32,000 nt of DNA from Horticoccus luteus. Its GTDB lineage: Bacteria > Verrucomicrobiota > Verrucomicrobiia > Opitutales > Opitutaceae. Location: assembly GCF_019464535.1 (NCBI RefSeq), contig NZ_CP080507.1, positions 2,490,001 to 2,522,000 on the forward strand, written 5' to 3'. Below are positions 1-8,840 of this stretch, one piece after another (positions within the stretch are counted from its first letter, which is position 1; each line of letters begins with the position of its first letter). The position numbers and the translations under genes were made by a program. A model generated the notes under the pieces. The model saw only the letters and a list, made by a program, of their open reading frames with translations, did not search any database and was not told the DNA's origin.

Positions 1-180
1 GAAAAGACGAGCCTCGTTGTCCTCTGCTCGCCCGCCGCGATCAAAGCCGGCCATCAAGCCGGCAAACTCGTCGCGCACCTCAGCCAGCAACTCGGCGGCA
101 AAGGCGGCGGCAAGCCCGACTTCGCGATGGGCGGCGGCAAGGAGCCTGGCAAACTCGCCGAGCTCCTCCGCACCGAGTAA
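1..180 (+). CDS. alaS: Alanine--tRNA ligase, C-terminal end (5' truncated by window edge)
   Basis: Frame +1 is open from base 1 to TAA at 178-180. The translation ...[40 protein letters not shown] matches the conserved AlaRS C-terminal tail (E. coli-type ...QQVGGKGGGRPDMAQAGG...). Confidence 0.7.
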   Translation, partial: EKTSLVVLCSPAAIKAGHQAGKLVAHLSQQLGGKGGGKPDFAMGGGKEPGKLAELLRTE

Positions 181-192
181 CCGCCGGCCCCC

Positions 193-915
193 ATGTCTGA
201 GATCGCCCCATCCAAGTTGGCGGCGACGGCGCGCGCCCGCCTCGACGGCTTGGTGCGCAAGGGCCTGTTTCGCTCGTCCGGGCTGCAGCTTCTGCTGTCG
301 CTCGTCGTGCTCTTCGTGGCGTATCCGGTGCTCGAAGGCATGCCGCACGGCGAATCGATCACCAGCGCTCTCTTCACCTACGTGATGCTCACCGCGTTGC
401 TCGCCGTGGGCGGCCGGCCCCGCGTGCTCGTGATTGGCGCCATCCTGCTCGCGCCCGCCATTGCCTTCCGCTGGCTCCCGCATTTCACCGCGCTCGCGCC
501 GGATCATCCGCTGTCCGCGGGAAGTCTGGCGATCTTCGTCGGCTTCACGATCTGGCAACTCTTGCGCTTCGCGTTGCGCGCCCGGCGCGTCGACGCCGAA
601 GTGCTGTCCGCCGGGATTTCGGTCTACCTGCTCGTCGGTCTGCTGTGGGCGTTTCTCTATCTGATGGTCGCCGGCATGGTGCCCAACGCGTTTGCGTTCA
701 CCCCTGCCCCGGCCAGCGGCACGCCGCTCGATTTCGCGGATTCGATCTATTTCAGTTTTTGCACGCTGACCACGGCGGGCTACGGCGACATCACGCCGGT
801 CAATCGCGTCGTGCGTATGCTCGCCACTCTCGAATCCATTGCTGGCGTGCTCTATCTCGCCGTGCTCGTCGCACGCCTCGTCTCACTCTATTCGCAACCC
901 GCCGAAAAGCCTTGA
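193..915 (+). CDS. Potassium channel family protein (ion transport 2 / pore-loop channel)
   Basis: ATG at 193, 240 aa with several hydrophobic helices. It carries the canonical K+ selectivity filter TLTTAGYGDITP, flanked by a pore helix and an inner helix. Confidence 0.8.
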   Translation: MSEIAPSKLAATARARLDGLVRKGLFRSSGLQLLLSLVVLFVAYPVLEGMPHGESITSALFTYVMLTALLAVGGRPRVLVIGAILLAPAIAFRWLPHFTALAPDHPLSAGSLAIFVGFTIWQLLRFALRARRVDAEVLSAGISVYLLVGLLWAFLYLMVAGMVPNAFAFTPAPASGTPLDFADSIYFSFCTLTTAGYGDITPVNRVVRMLATLESIAGVLYLAVLVARLVSLYSQPAEKP

Positions 916-1032
916 GGCTTCCGCCCGCCGGCGTCTCCGCCCGCGCACACCAAAAGTTCGCCGCGGCCCCGCACGCGCAACCACGCGCGCTTCGCTCTCG
1001 CGGCGCGACCTCAGCCAGGGCCCTCCGCGGCT

Positions 1033-2868
1033 TCAGGATCCCGCCGTCGTCGCGTCCGCGTCGTCTTTCCGGCCGTATTTTTCAATGACGCGCGCCAATT
1101 CCGACAGCCGCAACGGTTTCGCCAGATACTCGGTCATGCCCGCTTGCAGGCAGCGTTCCCGATCGCCCGCCGTGGCATTCGCGGTGGTGGCCACGATCGG
1201 CGTGCGCGCGTTGCCCTCGCCTGACCGCCGGATTTCCGACGCCGCGGTCCAGCCATCCATCTCCGGCATGAGGCAATCGAGCAGAATGACGTCGTAGTGA
1301 TTGAGCCGCGCCTTGACGACGGCCTCCGCTCCGTTCTCCGCGATCTCCACCGCGCACCCGAGTCGGCGCAACATCCCTGACGCCACCATGCGGTTGACGG
1401 CGTTGTCCTCCGCCAGCAACACGCGGTGGCGCGGTTTATCGTCTTCGCCGCGCGCCGTCGTCGCAGGCTCCAAGCGCATGCCGCCATTGGCAACGCGCAA
1501 CGCCTCCAGCAACTGCTCCGGTTGCAGCACCGGCTTGAAAACCGTCGCCGCCACCTTCCCCTCCGCCACTTTTGCTCCCGGCCTCGCGAGCACCACCCAC
1601 GGCGACTCCGCCCAACCTGGGGCGTTCGCCGACCGCGCCATCTCCGCCGTCGCCTCCGCCCAGTCGCTCTCGTCGACGAGAATCACCTGCGGCCGAGTTG
1701 CCGGCGACCCGTCGCTCGCCGTCAGCGCTACCGCCGCCGATTCGGCCACCGCGACTTCGATACCCAGCCCCCGCGCCATCGCTGCCACCGCCTGCCGCCG
1801 CGACTCCAGCCGGTCGATAATCAACAATCGGCGCGGCCAGGGAAGCGGCGCCATCGCCACCGGCAGATCTTCCACGATGAACGGCAGCACAAACCAAAAG
1901 GTCGACCCGCGCCCGACCTCGCTCTCGACCCCGATCTCGCCGCCCATCAACTCCACCAGCCGCTTGCAGATGGCGAGCCCGAGCCCCGTGCCGCCAAAAC
2001 GCCGCGTGGTCGACGCATCGACCTGGTGAAACTTTTGGAAGAGCTGCGGCCGCGCGTCCGCCGTGATGCCGATGCCGGTGTCCGCCACCGCGAACCGCAC
2101 GCGTCGCTTTCCGTCGGCGAGTGCGTCTCCCTCTGGCTCCACCTGCACCACAACTTGCCCGCGCGGGGTGAACTTCATCGCGTTGGCACACAGATTGAGG
2201 AGCACCTGCCGCAACCGGGTGGAGTCGCCATACACGCAAGCCGGCACGCTCGGCGCGATGCTCAGAATCACTTCAACGTCTTTGCCCGCGGTGCGGCTGG
2301 AGACGATTTTGACCACTTCGATCACCGGCTGGCGCAGGTCGAACATCGCGTGTTCCAATTGCACCCGGCCTGCCTCGATTTTTGAAAAGTCGAGGATGTC
2401 GTTGATGATCGAAAGCAGCGCCTCGGCGGACGCCTGCACCGTCGCCATGTATTCGCGCTGCGCCGCCGTGAGCGACGTCTCCGCCATGAGCTCGGCGGAG
2501 CCGATGATGCCGTTGAGCGGCGTGCGGATTTCGTGGCTCATCGTCGCGAGAAAATCGCTTTTGGCGCGGTTCGCCGCATCGGCGTCCTCTTGCGCGCGCC
2601 GCGCCTCGATCGCCCGCGCACGTTCCTCGGCGAGCTCCTGCGTCTGCACCGGCCGCTCCTGCCCTTGATTGAAATGCAATCCCAGCAGCAAACCCGCCAT
2701 CCCGGCGAGCACGACGCCGGCGACCAGGCACGGCGCCCAATGCGTCTCGGCAAAACGCGTCCACCGCTCGGTGGCAAAAACGGCCTCCTCCGCCGGCGCG
2801 CGCCCCACGGTCAGCAGGAACAGTCCGCCCAGAAAGAGCCAGTTGCGTGCAGGGGTCGCGCCAGACAC
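1033..2868 (-). CDS. Hybrid sensor histidine kinase / response regulator
   Basis: GTG start at 2866-2868, 611 aa. Two N-terminal TM helices are separated by a very short loop. H-box [13 protein letters not shown]; ATPase boxes NAMKFT, DTGIGI, GGTGLGL. C-terminal receiver domain: [13 protein letters not shown]...[14 protein letters not shown]...AKP. Confidence 0.9.
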   Translation of the reverse strand: MSGATPARNWLFLGGLFLLTVGRAPAEEAVFATERWTRFAETHWAPCLVAGVVLAGMAGLLLGLHFNQGQERPVQTQELAEERARAIEARRAQEDADAANRAKSDFLATMSHEIRTPLNGIIGSAELMAETSLTAAQREYMATVQASAEALLSIINDILDFSKIEAGRVQLEHAMFDLRQPVIEVVKIVSSRTAGKDVEVILSIAPSVPACVYGDSTRLRQVLLNLCANAMKFTPRGQVVVQVEPEGDALADGKRRVRFAVADTGIGITADARPQLFQKFHQVDASTTRRFGGTGLGLAICKRLVELMGGEIGVESEVGRGSTFWFVLPFIVEDLPVAMAPLPWPRRLLIIDRLESRRQAVAAMARGLGIEVAVAESAAVALTASDGSPATRPQVILVDESDWAEATAEMARSANAPGWAESPWVVLARPGAKVAEGKVAATVFKPVLQPEQLLEALRVANGGMRLEPATTARGEDDKPRHRVLLAEDNAVNRMVASGMLRRLGCAVEIAENGAEAVVKARLNHYDVILLDCLMPEMDGWTAASEIRRSGEGNARTPIVATTANATAGDRERCLQAGMTEYLAKPLRLSELARVIEKYGRKDDADATTAGS

Positions 2869-3037
2869 GCGCCGTGATTAGCATCCACCCGACGGAATGC
2901 AAGAATCCCGCAGGCTTCCATTTTCCCGCAGCATTGAAATTTCCCGCCGGTGCATGCCGCTTGTTTGATCGATCCCACGCCTCGCGGACCCCGGCGGCCA
3001 CCGATACCGCGGAGTCTCTATAAACTCACCGCGTGCA

Positions 3038-5803
3038 CTAATCGCCATTCGCCGGCAGGGAACGATCCGTCACGGCAAGGCACTCCATCGCCGCCAGACC
3101 CCATTGCGCCGTGGCGTTGGTCGACACGAAATCGGCCTCGTCCACCGGACGCAGCACCGCCGGGCCCGTCACACGGACCGCGGCGAGTTTTCCTCGACGT
3201 CGGATGCCACCCTGCCCGCGGAAAAATTCGCGCCACGCCCGCTTCGCCAACGCCGGATTGCCCGTGAGTTTCGCCGCGTAGGCCGTCAGGCGAGAGTGGC
3301 CCTGCTGCAGATTCAAACCGTGCAACGGCTGTCCAAGCCGGCGTTGCTGTTCCTCCGGACTCGCATTGTAGAGTTCGCAATAGTCCAGCCACGCCTTCTT
3401 GAATTCCGGCACATCGAGGAGCTGGATGAGTTCTGCGCAGACCTCCACGAGACCGAAGACCGCGCTGAGATGAGACACGGAAACCTTGTCGCTCTTCGAA
3501 ATCGCAAAGGCGCCCGTATCGAGATCCATGATCCCGGCGCCGGTAAAAAATCCCCGTGGCTGCTGCCCGATCGTTCGCATGCTCGCCACAAGTCGGTCGC
3601 GAATCTTCGGATCGCCCGTGCGTTCCCACTCCGTCAGCCACGCAGCGGAAATTGCGCCCCAATCGGTGCCAAAGCCAACGCCTGCATGATCGGCATCGGA
3701 CGGCGTTTCGCGCGCGAGGTCGCCTGCGTGGCGGGCTGCGGGCAGCTTCCGGCCGGGCTGGATCCGCACCAACGCGCGCACCGCTTCAATCTGCTCCCGC
3801 ATCAAATCACCCACGCGCTCGTCGGCGGTGAGATAGTAGTAATACCGCCGGTTGGCCGCCGTGCTGATACGCAGTTGCTTCGCGCTGCAACCCCAGTGCA
3901 GCACGTTGTGGCGCGAACCCAGTGGCGCGAAGCGCCCGAGGTGATGCACGTCAACTTCACCTGTGTGCCGCGTCATCGCCTCCGCAAAGCGAAACACATC
4001 CGCCCGGCCGGTGCGCAGGAAAAACAGCCAGAGCCAGAGATCGGTCGAGAGCTCGGAATTGTCCCAACCGAAGCCACCGACGTCGTAACGCCACTCGTGA
4101 CGGTCCGCATCGTAAGTGTGCACGACGTCTCCAAAATTCCAGAAGCCATACCAGCGGCGCTGCTCGCGTTGCCCATGGTAGAAATCGAAATACCAATCGA
4201 GCTGATCCTCCACCGCCGCCCGCGCCGGCGTTGACCGATCCACCGGCGCCCACAGTCCGTCGAAGACCTGGCATAGGTGGAGATGCGCCGGCGTTGTCAG
4301 CAGCACCGGCGGCTCGCGCACCACTCCGGCCAGCTCAACCAACCGCTCACGCGTCGGCGTCGCCGCCAGCGCCCACAGGAACAGCTCACTTGTGCGCGCC
4401 ACGCCTTCCGGCCGGTCAAACCCGGGCTCGTAGTCCTCGTAGGTGATTTCCAACGCCTCCGTCTGCTTCGCGTAAGTGTCCTCGCCCATATCGTCGTGAT
4501 AGCCGCGCAAATCCATCGCGCCCGCCTCCGGCGCCCACAGCCACATCGTCACTTCCGCCTCCGCCGTCGTGGCCCCGCGAAGATCAAACTGGGCCGGATA
4601 ACTCTCCCAAAAATGACGCACGCCAAACGCCGCGCCGCCCTGCGGCGTCCCCACGTAACCGAGCCCGCCCGCCCGCTGTCCGCGCGCCGGCCCGATCCAG
4701 GTAAAGCCTTCCCGCGTGCGCTTGCGGATTTCGAATCCATCCGCGGTCGATTGAAAGAGCGTCCAATCGCCAAACGCCGGCACATATTGCAACCGCTGAC
4801 TGACCGCCGGGCTCCACGTTTCCAACGGCGGCGTGGCGCGCCCCGCCACCTGCGCCTCGCGCACCGCCACCCCGGGATCGCGCCGCAAACCCGTGATGCC
4901 CTGCACTGCTTCCGCGAAGAGCCCTGCGTCCTGTCCGGAAAACCGCACGTGCCGGTCATACAGCGCGCCGCGCATTGGCACCTCAAAACGCACGCCCAGC
5001 CCGCGGATGAAATCCTTCTGTTCGTCACCATCATGCACGATCGTGTGCACCATGCGCACTGCTTCGCCCCCGGCGTAGAAATACAGGCGCACGATGAAGG
5101 GCAGCCATTCACGAGTGCCCGCGACGGCCGCATGCCGGCCTTCAATTTTTATCACCGCCCGCACGGGACCCGCTTGCTCGACCGTCACTTTCTCGATCCG
5201 CCCGGTGAACGATTCGATCGCGACCCCCGCATCCGGTTTATCCTGTCGCTGCAACACGAGCCGGCCTTGCTTCAATACGTCGCGACCGTCGCGCCGGATC
5301 GTCTTCACGAGCACATCGCCGCGGCGCGCGATCACCGCTTCGATCACGCCGGTGGCCACAGTGATGGTGTCCGCGTTCGTCGTGGTGGTGAGCGGCCGCG
5401 ATGGCAATGCCGGCTCGCCTGCGCTCAGTTCAAAAGCCTCCGCCGGCTTCGCATCCGCCGGCACCGCGTGTGCCGTCCACTTCAACGACCCGTCGGGCCA
5501 ATACGCGGTGGGCCAGCTTTGCACCGGCACCGCTTCGCCGCCCACCGCCCGCAAGGCGAATTTCGTGTCGCGCGGATACTGCCCCCGCGGCCACGAAACG
5601 CCCCACGTGTTGCCAATCGTTTCTCCCGGCGTCTTGCCGTCGAGCCAGCGCACCGGCGCTGCACCCGGCGGCAGCCGCAACGGCGCCGCGGGGGCGGAAA
5701 CAGGCGACGCGGCGGCGCGCGACGAGGCAAACAACTGGGCGGCGGCCGCAGCGAGGGCGGCGCGGCGCACGAATTCACGGCGAGTCAACGATGAGGAGGA
5801 CAT
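3038..5803 (-). CDS. Large Tat-exported putative polysaccharide-degrading enzyme, family unassigned (possibly YetA / PL26 exo-rhamnogalacturonan-lyase-like)
   Basis: I call the start at the internal ATG 5801-5803, which gives MSSSSLTRREFVRRAALAAAAAQLFASSRAAAS, a twin-arginine signal. This yields 921 aa, with TAG at 3038-3040. A conserved-looking core reads WYGFWNFGDVVHTYDADRHEWRYDVGGFGWDNSELSTDLWLW...HTGEVDVHH. The family assignment rests only on memory of YetA-like proteins in rhamnogalacturonan clusters. Confidence 0.75.
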   Translation of the reverse strand: MSSSSLTRREFVRRAALAAAAAQLFASSRAAASPVSAPAAPLRLPPGAAPVRWLDGKTPGETIGNTWGVSWPRGQYPRDTKFALRAVGGEAVPVQSWPTAYWPDGSLKWTAHAVPADAKPAEAFELSAGEPALPSRPLTTTTNADTITVATGVIEAVIARRGDVLVKTIRRDGRDVLKQGRLVLQRQDKPDAGVAIESFTGRIEKVTVEQAGPVRAVIKIEGRHAAVAGTREWLPFIVRLYFYAGGEAVRMVHTIVHDGDEQKDFIRGLGVRFEVPMRGALYDRHVRFSGQDAGLFAEAVQGITGLRRDPGVAVREAQVAGRATPPLETWSPAVSQRLQYVPAFGDWTLFQSTADGFEIRKRTREGFTWIGPARGQRAGGLGYVGTPQGGAAFGVRHFWESYPAQFDLRGATTAEAEVTMWLWAPEAGAMDLRGYHDDMGEDTYAKQTEALEITYEDYEPGFDRPEGVARTSELFLWALAATPTRERLVELAGVVREPPVLLTTPAHLHLCQVFDGLWAPVDRSTPARAAVEDQLDWYFDFYHGQREQRRWYGFWNFGDVVHTYDADRHEWRYDVGGFGWDNSELSTDLWLWLFFLRTGRADVFRFAEAMTRHTGEVDVHHLGRFAPLGSRHNVLHWGCSAKQLRISTAANRRYYYYLTADERVGDLMREQIEAVRALVRIQPGRKLPAARHAGDLARETPSDADHAGVGFGTDWGAISAAWLTEWERTGDPKIRDRLVASMRTIGQQPRGFFTGAGIMDLDTGAFAISKSDKVSVSHLSAVFGLVEVCAELIQLLDVPEFKKAWLDYCELYNASPEEQQRRLGQPLHGLNLQQGHSRLTAYAAKLTGNPALAKRAWREFFRGQGGIRRRGKLAAVRVTGPAVLRPVDEADFVSTNATAQWGLAAMECLAVTDRSLPANGD

Positions 5804-6075
5804 GGCGATAACGTTGGGGATGGGCGGAGCGAGGCCGCCGGACGATTCAAGATTTATGCGGGTGACAGCGGCAGCTCGGCGAGTCTTCACACCACAACCA
5901 ATTTTGCGGTGTTTGCTCGGGGGATGCGGGAACGTGAAAGACCCACCGGCGCAGCGCAAAGCGGCGTCGCTATGACAGTCCGAAATTCGCGGCGGCGAGC
6001 TCCGACCGGACAAATTCGGACTGAACGAATTTTCGTTGAAGCGGCGCGGGCAAGCTGCGAGGCCTCACTCGCCCC

Positions 6076-7152
6076 ATGTCGATCCCCACGCTCAGGACCC
6101 TGGCCCGCGAACTCAGCCTCTCCCGCACCACCGTCTCCGACGCTCTGCGCGGCTCGCCCCGGGTCAATGCCGAGACCATGGCGCGCGTGCGCGCCGCCGC
6201 CGATGCCGCGGGCTACAAACACAATCCCCTGACGGGCGCCGTCATGTCGCAACTGCGTCGATCGCGCGGTCAGCAATTCCGCGGCGTGATCGCGGCCATC
6301 GAGTTGGTCGAGCCCAACCGCGCGCCCCAGAGCCTGCGCTACAGTCAGGCCGTTAAAGACGGCATCAACCGGCGCGCGAGCGAGCTCGGTTTCAAGGTGG
6401 AGAACTTCGAAATCGGACCGCATGGCCTGCGGTTGAGCCGGCTCGATGCGATTCTCCTCGCGCGCGGCATCCAAGGCCTCGTGCTCCTGCCCGCCGCCGG
6501 TTTTCCGGACATGACCGAGCTGAGCTGGCACCGTTACACGGCCGTTTACACCGACTATTTGATCGACCACCCGCCACTGCACTGCGTGTGCGCCGATCAC
6601 TATCGTTCCATGGTCACGCTGTTGCAGGAATTATATGCGCGCGGCTACCGCCGGCCCGGTTTGTTCATGGAGATCGCGCTGGACGAACGGCTGCAGTTCC
6701 GCTGGGAGGGCGCCTACCTCGCGACGCAAAAATATCTGCCGGAAATCACCGAAGTGCCGCCGCTCCGCATCGAATCGGTCACCCAACCCCAATTCGAAAA
6801 ATGGTTCCGAAAACATAAGCCGGATGTCGTGCTGGGACATTTTCCCGAAGCCATGGCTTGGATGACCAAGTGCGGCGCGCGTATTCCCGAAACGCATGCC
6901 TTTGTCTGCCTCAATTCGCTCCGCACCGATGGTGATTGTGCCGCTCTCCAGCTACCTGCCGCAGAGCTCGGTGCGCGCGCCACTGAACTCGTCATTGCGC
7001 AATTGCTGCACAACGAACTCGGGGTTCCCGCGGAGCCATCGCTGACGACGTTGAAAATTAAATTGCTCGAAGGGCCCACCCTCCCCGCGCGCAAAGCGGC
7101 CGCCGCGACAGGCGCGAAACGCAAAGTGAAACCGGCGGTCGGCCCAGCTTGA
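6076..7152 (+). CDS. LacI family transcriptional regulator
   Basis: ATG at 6076, 358 aa. N-terminal LacI-type HTH: TLRTLARELSLSRTTVSDALRGSPRVNAETMARVRAAADAAGYKHNPL. It is followed by a sugar-binding (periplasmic-binding-protein-like) domain. Confidence 0.9.
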   Translation: MSIPTLRTLARELSLSRTTVSDALRGSPRVNAETMARVRAAADAAGYKHNPLTGAVMSQLRRSRGQQFRGVIAAIELVEPNRAPQSLRYSQAVKDGINRRASELGFKVENFEIGPHGLRLSRLDAILLARGIQGLVLLPAAGFPDMTELSWHRYTAVYTDYLIDHPPLHCVCADHYRSMVTLLQELYARGYRRPGLFMEIALDERLQFRWEGAYLATQKYLPEITEVPPLRIESVTQPQFEKWFRKHKPDVVLGHFPEAMAWMTKCGARIPETHAFVCLNSLRTDGDCAALQLPAAELGARATELVIAQLLHNELGVPAEPSLTTLKIKLLEGPTLPARKAAAATGAKRKVKPAVGPA

Positions 7153-7158
7153 CCGCCT

Positions 7159-8808
7159 TCACCGCGGAGTGTCGGTCCGCGAGGCGTTCAAATCACTTTT
7201 GAAAGGTGTCGCCGGCAGGTCCACCAACGCGTGCGCCACGATGGCGGCGTTGATCCTGGCGCCTTCCAGGCTCGTGTGCGTGTGGCCGTCGGCAAAGAGC
7301 GGTTCCACCTTCGCCCCGCCCATCTGCTCGTAACGCTCCGCAATCAGCTCGCCGAGGTCGATGCAGGGCACGTTTTCTTCGCGGGCAATCTCCTGCGCCC
7401 ACCCGCCGTAGCCGGCTTGGTTGCGTTTGATTTTCCCGTCGTGCCATTGCTTGCGCGGAATGGGCGTGCAAACGATCGGCACCGCGCCGTGTGCGCGCGC
7501 TGCCTGAATGTAGTGGCGCAAATACCAGCCGTAGCTGTGCACGATCTCGTGCCGGTGCGTGAGGAGGTTGTCGATGGCCTGCGTCTCCCCGCCGGTGCCC
7601 TTGATCGTGCCCCGGGCGCGGGAATTGTCGTTGAGCGGGCCGTTGTCGTTGTGGCCGAATTGCATGACCACGAAGTCGCCCGGCTTGAGCAGATTCAAGA
7701 CGCGGTCCCAATGCCCTTGCGTGAGAAACGTGCGGCTGCTGAGACCGCCGATGGCGCGATTGACGACATTGATTTTCGCCAGGTTGACAAACGGCGCGAG
7801 TTCGTCGCCCCAACCCCACTGGCCGCCCGCGCCGTCACCGCGGCCATTGCGCACCGTCGAATCCCCGATGAGAAAAAGCGTGGGCAGTTTCGGGTCCGCC
7901 GGTTCCGGCAGATTGAGCCAGCCGATGGTGTCAGCCGCCACGGCTCGGCCTTTTGCGGAAAGGAAATCCGCAAACGTCGGACCGTCGTGCAGGCCCTTGA
8001 GTCCGGCGACGACCGCGGCCGCCGTGAAGTCGGCGCCGCTGGTGTTGGTATGCGTGTGATCGCGCGGGAAATTCGCCGCCATTTTTTCCGGACCCATCGC
8101 TTGATACTCGTCCGCCAGGATGCGCGTGACATCGACAAACGGCACGCCGGCCTGCTCGGCGATGTCGTGCGCCAAACGGCGATAATCACCGAGATCGCGC
8201 TCCACTTTGCCGTTGGCCCAGATATTCCGGACCGTGGGCGACAGCACGATGGGCGTGGCGCCCTTCGCCTTCGTGTCGGCGATCATCTTGCGCATATACC
8301 AGCCAAACGTGTGCACGACCTCGGGTTGATGCGTGAGGACGTTGTCGATTGCCTCGGTTTGGTCCCCGAGGCCGGGCAAAGAGCCGCGTGCGCGCAGAGG
8401 CCGGTTCGAACCCGGTGGCTCGGCGTTGATCGCACCGGCATCATTGTGGCCGAATTGGATGAGCACAAAATCGCCGGGCTTCACCTCCGCCAGCAGTTTG
8501 GCCCAGAGTCCTTCCGTGATGAACGTGCGGCTGCTGCGCCCACCCCGCGCACGGTTGGCGATGTTGACCTTGGTCGCGTCAAAATACTCTGCGAACGGCA
8601 CGCCCCACCCTTGGATCGGATGGCCGTTGTTCTTCGCCGCCGTGGAATCGCCCGCCACAAAGATCGTCGGCAAAGCGGGGTTGAGGGCGTTTTCCGTGGC
8701 GGGCGGATTCACTTTCAAATCGGGCGCGGGTGTTTCCGCCCGCAGTGTGGCCGCCAACGCCAGCACGCCGGCGCTCAAAATCGAGAGGGAGGTGAGTTTG
8801 ATTTTCAT
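7159..8808 (-). CDS. Secreted tandem SGNH/GDSL hydrolase, two rhamnogalacturonan-acetylesterase-like (CE12) modules
   Basis: ATG at 8806-8808 with Sec signal MKIKLTSLSILSAGVLALAATLRA. Module 1: FVAGDST, RGGRSSRT, QFGHND, RDHTHT. Module 2: FLIGDST, IGGLSSRT, QFGHND, DGHTHT. Confidence 0.85.
   Translation of the reverse strand: MKIKLTSLSILSAGVLALAATLRAETPAPDLKVNPPATENALNPALPTIFVAGDSTAAKNNGHPIQGWGVPFAEYFDATKVNIANRARGGRSSRTFITEGLWAKLLAEVKPGDFVLIQFGHNDAGAINAEPPGSNRPLRARGSLPGLGDQTEAIDNVLTHQPEVVHTFGWYMRKMIADTKAKGATPIVLSPTVRNIWANGKVERDLGDYRRLAHDIAEQAGVPFVDVTRILADEYQAMGPEKMAANFPRDHTHTNTSGADFTAAAVVAGLKGLHDGPTFADFLSAKGRAVAADTIGWLNLPEPADPKLPTLFLIGDSTVRNGRGDGAGGQWGWGDELAPFVNLAKINVVNRAIGGLSSRTFLTQGHWDRVLNLLKPGDFVVMQFGHNDNGPLNDNSRARGTIKGTGGETQAIDNLLTHRHEIVHSYGWYLRHYIQAARAHGAVPIVCTPIPRKQWHDGKIKRNQAGYGGWAQEIAREENVPCIDLGELIAERYEQMGGAKVEPLFADGHTHTSLEGARINAAIVAHALVDLPATPFKSDLNASRTDTPR
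7216..8673 (-). repeat. Intragenic tandem duplication (two ~225-aa SGNH modules, offset ~786 nt)
   Basis: Residues 46-275 and 308-531 of the esterase align along their length. Similarity is still visible at DNA level. Example 1: gtgcacgatctcgtgccggtgcgtgaggaggttgtcgat (about 7547) versus gtgcacgacctcgggttgatgcgtgaggacgttgtcgat (about 8311). Example 2: gtggccgaattgcatgaccacgaagtcgcccggctt (7651) versus gtggccgaattggatgagcacaaaatcgccgggctt (8446). Confidence 0.8.
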
Positions 8809-8840
8809 GACAGGAAAGGATTCGAAACATCAACGCTGCC

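Noticed and set aside
958-1006. Possible hairpin (CGCCGCG ... CGCGGCG) between the convergent K+ channel and kinase genes
   Set aside because: It has a 7-bp stem with a ~35-nt loop and no U-tract on either strand, so it is not a convincing terminator in GC-rich DNA.
4277-5794. 505-aa plus-strand ORF, and other nested ORFs across 3104-5975
   Set aside because: They are antisense or out of frame relative to the 921-aa Tat protein gene, with Arg/Pro-rich translations.
5974-5982. 9-mer ACAGTCCGA shared between the LacI/Tat-protein intergenic region and the TBDR upstream region (about 15117)
   Set aside because: A single shared 9-mer between two ~280-nt regions is expected by chance at roughly even odds. 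No palindromic structure or further copies were seen.
5804-6013. 70-aa N-terminal extension of the Tat protein ORF (track start at 6013)
   Set aside because: The extension would bury the twin-arginine signal 70 residues into the protein. The internal ATG at 5803 places the RR motif at the expected distance from the N-terminus.
5887-6600. 237-aa minus-strand ORF over the LacI gene 5' half
   Set aside because: It is antisense to the LacI-family gene, which has a clear HTH motif.
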